Shown: positions 26,463-36,842 of the stretch, in pieces
Layout: each line of letters starts with the position of its first letter
Position numbering within the stretch: the stretch's first letter is position 1
NCBI RefSeq assembly: GCF_036321535.1
Contig: NC_087451.1
Span: forward strand, 19,158,001 to 19,222,000
Reading direction: 5' to 3'
Source of the DNA: Camelus dromedarius
Taxonomy: Eukaryota
DNA length: 64,000 bases
Position numbers and translations under genes: made by a program
The notes under the pieces: model-generated
Told to the model about the DNA's origin: nothing
What the model saw: only the letters and a program-made list of their open reading frames with translations
The model's database searches: none

Positions 26463-26850
26463 CCCGATCCCCACCGTCTGAGACTGAAGTCCAGGGCCCT
26501 CACTTCCGTTCTGCAGGATCGAGCAAAGAGCAACTGGGACCCTTTAAGGGGCCTACAAATTCGGATCGCGGAAAGCCGCGGGAGCTGGGGGAGCGAGGCT
26601 GTGGGGACGCCGCGAGCTGGGAAGCCGAAGCCCAATTCCGGCTACTGCGGGGCCGAGAAAGTGGTCGGGCGAGTGCGCTTCATAGCCCAGTAGCCCCTAA
26701 ATTCTGCCTCCGCCGGCGCTCAACCACCAGCCAATCAGCTTGCAGAGCAGGCATGTCCCCGCCCCCCGGTCCTACCCATCGAGGCCCGGTCTCGTGACCG
26801 CGCCCCTGGTCAGGGGTCAAGGCTGGACTGCCGAGGCTTCCTCGCTGTTG
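26463..26850 (-). promoter_or_regulatory. SAT2 5'UTR and CpG promoter
   Basis: CpG-dense; CCAAT at 26731-26735; GC box cccgcccc at 26758-26765. Confidence 0.65.
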
Positions 26851-27244
26851 TTACGTGGGTGTTCCAGCCTCCACTGGAGAAATCCCACGGCCCAAAGACA
26901 CCTCCTTCTTTAACTGAAGTGTGCAGTGATTACCTGCTCTACCCTTCACTCAAACTCACCCATTCCAGCCCACCCAGACCCTGGATGAGCCCCAAGACCT
27001 CCAGCTCATTCCTACTGGCTCAAAGTGTTACTTCTCTTGTATTTTAAATGGGTCGGGGGAGAGGGTGATGAATTTCTATTGGTAAATTGCTAGGCCTTGT
27101 CATAAACAATTAAGAGGAGATAACCGGGAGTTGGGAGGGGCGGGTTTCTTAGTATCTACTGACTGTCACTCAGAGACAATACCTCCCTATGAGAAAAGCC
27201 TCAGAGGCCTGGGAAAATACTGCGAGAGGAGCTCAGAGCAGATA

Positions 27245-27410
27245 CCAGGCACCATGCCTGCATTATCTCGATTCATCCTCATTCACAGAAACCCCATAAA
27301 GTAGGTATTATTTTTCAAGTTTTACAGACAAGGACACTAAAGCACACTGGGGGGTGACTTGCCCACAGTCACTCAGCTAGTATTTGGGATTCTGAGTCTC
27401 AGCTGTAGGC
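27245..27410 (-). mobile_element. MIR SINE
   Basis: Reverse MIR core (cattatctc...gtaggtattatt...ttttacagacaaggacact...gacttgcccacagtcac). Confidence 0.7.
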
Positions 27411-27631
27411 CTCGCGGAGGATGCTACTTGGGGAGCCCAGCAGGACTGTTCCTGTTGGTAGATCTCTTGATTGTCATCAAGGCAGCCTCCGCAGGTGGGC
27501 AGAAGGCTTGGAAGACACAGGTCAGGCTCTAGAGGAAGGGAAGAGGGAAGTCCTCTCCCAGCTCATAACTTTCTCAGCAGTGGGGGAGGGTAGTGGAGGA
27601 ACTCTGTCCCTTTCTCCATTTGTCCTCAGAG

Positions 27632-27700
27632 GGGCCAAAGGGTCAGTGGCCCTGTCTCCTGCCTTCCTTCTTACCCCTGAGGCAACCTTTAACCCTCCAC
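27632..27700 (+). promoter_or_regulatory. SHBG proximal promoter nuclear-receptor elements (HNF4A/COUP-TF-type FP3 and FP1 homologues)
   Basis: GGGCCAAAGGGTCA 27632-27645; CAACCTTTAACCC 27683-27695 (reverse GGGTTA-A-AGGTTG, a DR1) in the TATA-less position recalled from human SHBG. Confidence 0.65.
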
Positions 27701-27777
27701 CAACCATGTGTGAGGCTGCCTGCCCCCATGCTTTCTCCCCAGAGCTGTCTGAGGCACAGAGAGGACCAAGGCTGATA

Positions 27778-30617
27778 ATGGAGAGCAGAGGTCCACTGGC
27801 CACATGGCATGGGCTGCTGCTGCTGCTGCCGCTGATGCCTCCTAGCCACGCAGGAAGGGCCCTGAGACACACTGTCCCCAGCCAGGTGCAGGGGCAGGAC
27901 AGGGTGCTCAGCCCCATCTGTGTTTAAATGAGCTACTCTTTGGCTCTGCCCTGTTCCTTTCTTTCCTCCCCTGGCCTTGTAGCAGTGCCTCTCCTTCCCT
28001 CCCTCTGTCTCCGGCATGTCCTTATTTCAGCTTGTTTGTTTTCTATCTCTGACAGAGGACTCAGGACCCTCCTGCTCTACACCTCAGCAATGGCCCAGGA
28101 CAAGAGCCTGTCACCATAATGACCTTCAACCTCACCAAGATCACAAAGTATGGGGTTGACCTAATTCCTTGACCTAGTCCCCTGACCTCACCCTCTCTCC
28201 ATCATCTCCTTTCTTTTCCATTTCTCCCTGCCCTTCTCTCTCCCTGAAGTCCACCTCCCTCAACCTCACATCTACCATCAAAGGGCACACCCCATACCCA
28301 GTCCTTCTGTGTCCTTCCAGAACCTCCTCTTCCTATGAGTTTCGCACCTGGGATCCAGAGGGAGTGATTTTTTATGGTGATACCAACCCAAAGGATGACT
28401 GGTTTGTGCTGGGACTTTGGGATGGCAGGCCTGAGGTCCAGCTTCACAATCACTGGGCCCAGCTTACAGTGGTCACCGGACCCTGGCTGGATGATGGGAG
28501 GTGGCACCAGGTAAGCCAGATCTAGTCCTGAGAGAGGGGTGTCTTGAGCTGGTCTGCGGAAGGGAACAGAACCAAGTTACTGGGTATCCTTTTACCATTG
28601 TCATCTCATTGAATCCACATAAAAGCCCCAAGGAGCTGCTATTCTTGTCCCCATTTTTTTCAAAGAGGAATTCTGAGGCTTAGTATGTAAGTGACAAGTC
28701 CCAAGTGAGCTAGTGATGTTAGCTGACTCGTCAAGTACGTGTTCTTTCTGCCATACAAAGCTGCCTCTGAAGAAAGTGGTGAAGGCAGGCCTCAGGGGTC
28801 CTGGTTCTGCTTCTCTTTTCCTTCCTGCAGTTAGAAGTGAAGATCCATGGAGACTCTGTGCTGCTGGGGTGGATGGGGAGGAGGTGCTGCCTGCGTCTGA
28901 GACAGGTCTCTGGGCCTCTGGCCAACAAACCCCAGCCCATCATGAGGATTGCGGTGGGGAGGCTGTTGTTCCCTGCCTCCAACCTCTGGTTACCGGTAAC
29001 TGCATCACAGGGGTAACCAAAGCTGGTAAAGCTCTGCTGGCAGGGTGGCCATGGGGGTCTAAGTCCACACTTCACGGAGAGGGGATGGGGTGAGTGCTGC
29101 ATGGGGGGAGGCCAAATACTTGTGTCTTGGAGGGGAATAAGCTGAGGGTGGAGAGGCTGGGACTAGGGCTCAGATGTCCTGATTCCAGCATCCCCACATC
29201 TTCCCTTTCCCCCATGGGCTCCAACTGGTCCCTGCCCTGGATGGCTGCCTGCGCCAGCATGACTGGCTGGACCAACAGGCCCAGAGCTCAGCATCTGTCC
29301 CCACTGGCCTCAGAAGCTGCTCCGTAGAGTCCCAACCTGGGATATTCTTCCCTCCAGGGACTGGTGCAGAACGCAGTCTTCAAGGTAAAGGCCATCTTTC
29401 TCTCCATGACCAGCTTGTGTCCATTTCCCTCCACCACTAGCCTCTTCCGTCCACAAATACCCAACCTTGAGACCTCAGGAAGATCATTTCTCCCCCACCC
29501 CCAGACATTCCCCAGCCTCATGTAGAGCCCTGGGCCTTCTCCCTGGACCTGGGACTCCAGCTAGCAGCAGGCTCAGGCCCTCTCCTTGCCATTGGGACCC
29601 CAGAAAACCCTACTCGGCTCAGCCTTCACCTCCAAGATCAAGTAAGAGAGGGATGCTTCCTGTATATGCTGGAGCCTGGAAGCAATGGGAGAAAAGGGGA
29701 CTCCAAGAAGTCAGTACTAGGAAAGCTTAAGGGTAGGGGTTGGGGGATGGGGGGCCTGCAGAGACACATGTTGAAGCTGCCTACACCAAGCAAATGGCTT
29801 TTACTTAAGATTGTATATTTACTTGGGACTTGGGGTGGGTGTGGTTTTATAGAAGGCCAAGCCAGGAGAATGGAGGCAGGATCGAGGTGGTGGGAATGGC
29901 CAGTAATTAGACTGTGTGGCTAAGAGGCAGAATTGAGGCAGCCAGAGTGGGACCACAAGGTTCACTCTTTCCTTCCCAACTTGTGTCCCTTCCAATATAC
30001 TCTGCATAAGGTGGTACTGTCTTCTGGGTCGGGGCCAGGGCTGGACCTGCCCCTGGTCTTGGGACTCCCTCTTCAGCTGAATCTGACTGTGTCCAGGGTG
30101 GTTTTGAGCCAGGGGCCAAAGAAGGAGATGCTTACTCTGCCTCCTGTGGGTCCTGGCTCCCTCTTCAACCTTTGGGCCCAGCTGCAGGGGCATCTCTTCC
30201 TGGGGGCTTTGCCAGGTAAGAAAGTGATGTCCACGTTTCTCAGCACACCACTGGAAACAGCTAAGGGGAGGGGAGAAGATGGGAAGGGGTGCATTTTTAG
30301 GGGAAGGAAACCTCTGGGAGGGAAGAGGAAAAGGCTACAAGAAGAGAGAGGGTAAGCGGGCAGTGGGAGGAAATGCGTTCAAAAATTTAGGTTGGAGAAC
30401 TGGAAAAGCAGGGAGGAGCTTCTGGATCCAAGCCACCCTAATGTCCCCTCAATGCTACCTCCCTCTAGGAGAGGCCTCTTCTGCCTCCTTTTGCTTGGAT
30501 GGCCTTTGGGCACAAGGCCAGAGGCTGGACATGGACCGGGCCTTGAGCAGAAACCAGGACATCTGGACTCACAGCTGTCCTCAGAGCCCAAGCAATGGCA
30601 CTGACACCACCTATTAA
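27778..30617 (+). CDS. SHBG: Sex hormone-binding globulin, 8 exons, with lesions (possible incipient pseudogene or remodelled protein)
   Basis: Exons 27778-27885, 28056-28147, 28321-28510, 28831-28995, 29225-29384, 29505-29641, 30008-30215, 30469-30617(TAA). Laminin-G motifs [21 protein letters not shown] and HSCPQSP are present. Acceptors of exons 5 and 7 are non-AG, and exon 4 has a compensated frameshift. Confidence 0.93.
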
Positions 30618-30618
30618 A
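30613..30618 (+). terminator. SHBG ATTAAA polyadenylation signal overlapping the stop codon
   Basis: TAT TAA A; no other hexamer nearby. Confidence 0.55.
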
Positions 30619-30649
30619 TCCCTACCTAAGAACCCCCTTTGAACATCAC

Positions 30650-32290
30650 TCATTCATTTATTCAACAAATATTTACTGTGCATCTGTAATGTACCAGGTG
30701 CTGTGCCAAGCACTGGGTTATACTGATGAGCGACATTAACTCTGCTTCCTGCCCTCTTGGTGCTCACGGTCCCCTGGGGGAGGCAGGCATCCATCAAAGC
30801 CTAACAAGTGAGTGGATAATTGGAAACTCTGATAAGCATCATAAAGGAGCAGTCAGGGAGCTGAGAGAGCTTGGAGGCCAGCTGCCTTGACCTGGGTTGG
30901 GGGGGAGTCAAGGAGGGCTTTCTGAGGAAGTGATGATAGCACCCACAGATACATACACCCCCACCTCCTTCCCCAGCAGCTACTCCTTTGGGACTTTAGC
31001 TTCCTCCCTCTGAGGCTGGTCCCCAGAAACCAGGAGGGAAGGGAAGAAGAGATGGGATTTTGTTGTCCTTTAGACTAGCCACTGCTATGCGAGAAAGCAG
31101 CAGCAGGGGGCGTGAGTGGGTCATAGAACGATGAGGGCAGGGGTTCTGGGAAAAGGGGTGGAGGCAGCAGGGAGAAAATAAAAGGGAGGAGAGCAGAGGG
31201 AGAAAGCTGCCTGTCTCTCCTAGCCTCGGTGTACTTGCTGTGTTCCCACAGGAATTTGTCTTTACTCCATTAAACAAGAATTGGCTTGTGCTAGTCCCAG
31301 CTGGAAAGGACAGATTCAGGAATATCTCTGCCCTCAAAGAATATATGGTGACCCAGCCCTCGGCTCCCAGACCTCTGCAGAATCCTGGTGCCCCAGCTCC
31401 TCCCTGGGGCACCCTTTTGCCCCAGCCCTCAGCTCCCTGGGAAACTTCATGCCCAACCCCCCAACCCCTAGCTCCCAGCTCTCAGCCCTCTTGCAAATCC
31501 TTACATCCTAGCCCGAAGCTCCCAGCCCCCTAGGGAACTCCAGCCGTCAGTCCCCACCTCTCAGTCCTCATCCCTCTTAGGAACTGTTAACCTAGCCCCC
31601 ATCTCCAGACCCCATGGGGATCCTAGTGTCCCAGCTTCCCAGGTGATGAGGATCTTCCTACCAGTAACCCAGGCAACAGGGTGAGTCACTCACTGGACCT
31701 TCTGTCCCCTTGTTGCAGGGATCAGCCAGGACCTAAATGGCTCCAGGGTAAGGAGACTTCCAGAGAGTCTCTGGGTTGGAAGACACAAATCCTAGGCCCC
31801 TCCTTGGACCCTCTTGATCTCAAGTTTGCAAGATCTATAGCTGCCTCCATCCAGTCAGAGTGTTTTGCAGGAAAGTCTTCAGCATGGCGAGGGAGCCCCA
31901 ATTCAACTCTGGTCCCTGGGCAATGTTCAAGGTCAGCCTGGGCCACTTGGACATGTCCATTCAACTGACATTTCCTGAGCACCTACTGTGTACCAGGCAC
32001 TGTTCTAGACACAGAGAATGCATTGATGAAAAGGATAGACACAATCCCTGCCCCTATGAAGCAAGCTCACAATATAAGGGAGGCAATGGCCAGACAGCTC
32101 ATAAACAAAAATAAATAAGCAAGGCCATTTCCGATAGTGGGCATCTCCAGAAAGGGAACAGAATCCTATAGTAGAAGCAAGGGTGGTAGGGGAGGAGTGA
32201 CATTAGCCAAGTGGTCAGGGAAGGCCTCCCTGAGTCAGTGTCACTTGAGCAGAGACCTGAATAATGAAAAGAAACCAGTCCTATGGGGCC
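30650..32290 (-). mobile_element. LINE-2 fragments (about 30650-30930 and 31955-32290)
   Basis: tcattcatttattcaacaaatatttactg...gtgccaagcactggg and cattcaactgacatttcctgagcacctactgtgtaccaggcactg, the reverse complement of L2 3' ends; unique sequence lies between them. Confidence 0.7.
31100..31113 (+). promoter_or_regulatory. Candidate CTCF site downstream of SHBG
   Basis: GCAGCAGGGGGCGT, 12/14 to CCAGCAGGGGGCGC. Confidence 0.45.
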
Positions 32291-32766
32291 TCGGGTATTG
32301 GCTAGTGGGGAGAGAGGTTAAAGGGCCTCAACACACCTGGGATCGCACCAAGGGGGTTGTTCTGCGTTGTAACTTCCTGGCCTTGAGGAATCTCCCAGGG
32401 GCTAGCTTTTCTCTCCTTCCTCCACTCCATCCTGTCCAGGACACCGTGCCCCCAACCTCTCTTTCTCCAGCCTGCCCTAGATTCCAGGATTCCTGATTAC
32501 CATCCAGAGCTGTCTACACTCTTTCATTAAGGCCCACCCCCCAACCCTGCTTTGACACAGACTCTGCCAGGACCCACCAAGGGCACCTACGATGCCTGCC
32601 CAGTGTCCTGTGCCTCCCCCACACCCCTGAAACCTTTCCAGAGCTTGGCACCATATGCTGCAGCCTTCAGGCCTGGTCTGCCCACTCACTCTACCCAATG
32701 TATTATCACTCTCTTCCCTTCCCCCACCTTCCCTTCCTCTCCACCCCCCTCTACTCCTTTCTCTCC

Positions 32767-32916
32767 TTTCTTTTCTTTTTTTCTTTTTTTCTTTTTTTTA
32801 GTGGGGGAGGTAATTAGGTTTGTTTGTTTGTTTATTTTTGATGGAGGTACAGGGGATTGAACCCAGGACGTCATGCATGCTAAGCAGGCACTCTGCCACT
32901 GAGTCATACCCTCCCC
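32767..32916 (-). mobile_element. Camelid-type SINE with T-rich (antisense A) tail
   Basis: gtgggggaggtaattaggttt...ggtacaggggattgaacccagg...ccactgagtcataccctcccc. Confidence 0.9.
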
Positions 32917-33481
32917 TCTCTTTTCCTTTCTTTCAGCTAACATTTATTGGCTCCTGACAGTATGCCAAGCACTATGTTAGGTAGTCCACGGGGACTCCAG
33001 GGATGAGCTAGAGTTGGTCCTGGCCCTGGAGAACCAGGGTCTAGGGAGAGAGACACATAAAATGCATTAATAGGGATCTCTAGGAAGTGCCAGGAACTTG
33101 AACAAATAATTAACATCTTTAACATTCAGTTTCCCCAGCTACAAAATGGGCCAGTTACCCTACTCATAGGATTACTGGGTTTGGTGAAATCATGTATCAA
33201 ATGCCTAGCATGGTGCTCGGCATATAAAAAGCGCCCAGTATATGAGGGATGTTACTCTTGTTGATATCATTAGCCTTGTGCAGAGTTCCTGAAATATGTC
33301 TGAGCCTGCCACATACAGAAGATAAGGAAGGGTGTGTGATGTGTCTGAAGCAGGGACAGGCTGAGATAGAATGAGGGCAGACTGGGGAGGCTCCTTCAGC
33401 CATGGGCTCAGAGGTCTTATATGTCCTGTTGCGGAGTTGGGGCTTGATCTGGTCAGCAGAGGAACATCTGTGTTTCTTTCC

Positions 33482-33618
33482 TTTTTTTTTAAATTGTAGT
33501 AAAAGACACATAACATAATCTTAACCATTTTTAAGTGTCCAGTTTGGTGGCATTAAGCTTCACAGTGTTGTAAAATCATCACCACTGTCCATCTTCAGAA
33601 CTCTTCATCTTGTAAAAC
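33482..33618 (-). mobile_element. L1 3'-end fragment
   Basis: ttttttaaattgtagtaaaagacacataacat...aaccatttttaagtgt is the reverse complement of an L1MA/MB 3' terminus. Confidence 0.7.
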
Positions 33619-34138
33619 TCCCTTTGTCCTACAATGACCTGTATGACCTCTGGCACATCACTATGGTTTTTTTCTGCATAATATTAACATTATTAAATTT
33701 TTTGCTTGTTTTGTTTATTGGAATGGGATCCCCAGGAGCACAGGGACCAGAACAGAGCCTGGCTCTGAGCAAATGCTTATTAGATACATGTTGAATGAAT
33801 GAATGGAAGTTCGGGTTGGACTCTAAAGGGTGGGCAGTCTTCCAGGACGAGGAAATGAAATGGACAAAGGTGTTAAGTCAGGAATAAGCACAGCCTGTCC
33901 CAGGAGTGGCCAGCTCAGCTCCAGTGGAGGGCTAGTTAGGGCCTAGTGGCAAAGGAGGCTGGGGGACACAGACTGGGTCTAGGCTGTGGAGTACCCTGAA
34001 GGTTAGACTGAAGAATCCAGACTATATCCTGCAGGATCACAGGAAGCCACTGAAGACCTTTGAGGTGAGGGGTGACCTAATTAAAACTGTATTTTGAGAA
34101 AAATAATAATCCTGAACCTGCCGTGGAAGGGACTGAAG

Positions 34139-35068
34139 TAGGGCCAGCTGCAGAATTTGTGGGACCCAGTGCAAAATGAAAATGTGGAATCTCTTGTTCA
34201 AAAAGCAGGAAAAGAGTGACGTTCCAGGTACTAAAGTAGAACTTTTTTCCATCATCCTTCTCTTGACTTGTCATGATATTTATTTAATGTTATTCTAAAT
34301 GAAGCAAATAACATTGTTAAACCTTCAGCTTACTGATCAGTACAGAAGGACTGAAAGGAAAGAGAATTATGGGTTGCCTCAGCTTTCCCTTTCTTTCCAT
34401 GTCATCACTGCCAGCAGAAGCAGTTGCCTAAATCAGGGAAGTGACATGACTGAGAAAGCATGTGATAGGATACCTCGATCACCTATGTCCCCTGGAATGC
34501 CATTGCCTTCTTTCTGTGTTCAAAGCAATTTCTGTTTATAAAGGAAAGTGTGGTCTCTCAGCTGTCAGCACTCCCGCTTATTCAGGTGTAGACATGATAT
34601 GCTTACCTTACTTACTCTGAGTCTTGCTGAACCCCCACACATGGTGGGTCCACCTGAGATCTGTGCTCATGGACCATCACGGATGGCATGTTAGACTTAT
34701 CTCCTCTGCTCACACCCATGCTCCATTGTCCCACTGGACTTCACTGACAAAGCACAGGTTTGAAGATAAAATTATTAAGAAATTCAAGATGAGGGGAGGG
34801 TATAGCTCAAGTGGTAGAGTGCTTTCTTAGCATCCACAAGGTCCTGGGTTCAATCCCCAGTACCTCTTCTTAAAAAAAATAAATGAGTAAACCCAATTAC
34901 CTCCCCCATACACACACACAAAATCAAAAAAAAAAAAAAAAAAAAGAAAAAGAAAGAAAGAAAAGAAAGAAATTCAAGATGGTCACCGCAGAGCACTAAA
35001 TCAAGCACAAGTCCACTCCAAGCACCGGCCTTGTTTGAGCACATCCCAAGCCCATGAAGCCTGCCCTG
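34139..35068 (-). mobile_element. Complete non-autonomous hAT DNA transposon (MER45-like MITE) containing a nested SINE
   Basis: Terminal inverted repeats TAGGGCCAGCT / CAGGGCAGGCT; 8-bp TSD gactgaag (34131-34138) / gactggag (35069-35076). Termini resemble the MER45 consensus as recalled. Confidence 0.8.
34792..34966 (+). mobile_element. Young camelid-type SINE
   Basis: ggggagggtatagctcaagtggtagag...gggttcaatccccagtacctc, long A tail, perfect 15-bp TSD aagaaattcaagatg (34777-34791 / 34967-34981). Confidence 0.95.
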
Positions 35069-35959
35069 GACTGGAGGGAGAGCTTGAGCGGGAGAGTGGT
35101 AAGTCAGAATGGGAGTTCGTGAGGAATAGAGCCAAGGATTTAAAGTGAGAGCTGAAAGAAGAAAAACCTCTCCAGGGAAAAGCAACAAGATTTGAAGAGA
35201 GATGAAAAGACATGGATAATGATTCTTAACACGAGGTCGGTGAAGGCCCTTGTACCACCCTGTACTAGACTGTGGTTCTCTGGAGCCCTGTGAGAGCTGC
35301 GACTTTACCTCCCCAGTGCGAGATTGCACAAGGTCTCCAGTAGGTGCTCAATAAATGTTTGTTGATCCAAATGGGCAAATGAGGAGGGGATTTCAGACAT
35401 AGGGTTGGGAGGAGGCAGCACATCCAAGAAGATGGGGCTCCAGGGCTGAGGTCCCAGGGCAACGCTGGGGACTGGGAATGTGCTGTTGGGAGGCTTCATC
35501 AAGGGGTATGGTGGGAAGGCAGGGAGTCCCCAGGCTTGGGGAGAACCAGGTGGTGGGAGAAGGGGCTGTGGGAACAGAGACGGTGGTGTTGGGGGGATTG
35601 GTAGCAGCTCCTACAAGGGGTATTTCCCTCCTGCGGTGGCCTTTATCCATCTCTGTGTGGCCTGTTCTAGCTCCCATCCCGGCTGGTATAGCACCCCGGC
35701 TGGTCTCTTCGATCCGTTTTTCTTGTCTCTGGCCCTTTCTCTATTCATCTCAACATTCTGCCCAGTCTCCTGGATCTTAGTCTCTAACTCTCTGCCTGGG
35801 GCCCCATCTCAGCATATATCTGCTTTCCTCTCCGTCTTCTGTGTCTCTCTCGGGTTATCTTTTCCTCTACTGAGCCCGGCACGCCCTCTATTCTCTCCAC
35901 CCACCCGGATCCAGCCCAGTACCTGCGGTGGGGGTAGGGAAGAGACCTCTTGGTCTGAA

Positions 35960-36120
35960 GAGGAGTCAGGGGGCGGGCCCAAGCCCTTCCTCCAAATTTG
36001 CATATGCATGAGGTCGCCCTGGCCAGCCGCGAGGAGGCGGGGCTTTTGGGGGTGGGAAGGGGGCGGGCACCCCTGGAGCCGCCGAGTATAAAGACTGCGC
36101 GTCGCCACTGACGGCCCCGC
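35960..36120 (+). promoter_or_regulatory. ATP1B2 core promoter (TATA box, GC boxes, octamer)
   Basis: TATAAAG 36087-36093; GC boxes near 35970, 36035 and 36060; ATTTGCATATGCAT 35996-36009; CpG island extends to about 37200. Confidence 0.75.
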
Positions 36121-36702
36121 ACTGCTGAGGAGCGAAGCCTTGCTCTGGGGACCCCCTCATCCCCGCCTGTCCCCCAACTGCGCGTCCCCGCCTCACCCCC
36201 GCGTCCAAGCCACCGCTGGTGTGGCGGTCTCCGCTCGGCGGAAGAGCCTTGAGCGGTCACCCAACCCCTCTCCACAGCCTCTTTGCATCTCGGATTTCGG
36301 GGCGGCCCCTTCCCCCACTTCTCCCTGCCTCACTGCACCCCAATTTTTTCTGCGCTTCGCCCTGGTTTTGCAGCCGTCTATTTTTGCATCCCTTTTCGTT
36401 TTACTTCTGGGAGGCTTGGGGGTGAAGCTGCGATCGCACCCCTTTCCCTTTTTATCTTCCCCTGCTCCGACAACCTCCCTTTTCATCGCAGTCGGGGGGC
36501 CTAGAATCTGTGCATCCTACGCTGTGCCGCCAGCACCCCGTGGCGCGTGGTCCTGCACCCCGGAATTTGCAGCAGCTGTATATCTGAGGGGGGTCTCCCT
36601 CGCCACCCTTGCCTTTGCTCCCCGCGCGTTAGAGTACGTGGGGAGGCTTCATCGCGCAGCACCCCGGCTTCTCCGCAGCCCCCCGCCCCGCGCGGGACTC
36701 GC

Positions 36703-36842
36703 NNNNNNNNNNNNNNNNNNNNNNNNNNNNNNNNNNNNNNNNNNNNNNNNNNNNNNNNNNNNNNNNNNNNNNNNNNNNNNNNNNNNNNNNNNNNNNNNNN
36801 NNNNNNNNNNNNNNNNNNNNNNNNNNNNNNNNNNNNNNNNNN
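36703..36842 (+). other. ATP1B2: Assembly gap (140 N) inferred to contain the ATP1B2 start codon and coding exon 1 (112 nt)
   Basis: Left flank is the GC-rich end of the 5'UTR. Gap size fits 112 nt plus margins, and MVIQKEKKSCGQ is absent elsewhere. Confidence 0.85.

Noticed and set aside
26463-26474. N-terminal extension of SAT2 (MGIG) in the ORF track
   Set aside because: It starts at a non-ATG codon; the ATG at 26462 gives the standard 170-aa protein.
31400-31620. C-rich stretch with recurring CCCAGC as a tandem array
   Set aside because: Spacing is irregular with no consistent unit; low-complexity sequence.
35480-36091. 203-aa ORF upstream of ATP1B2
   Set aside because: Runs through promoter sequence and ends at the TATA box; no family resemblance or splice support.
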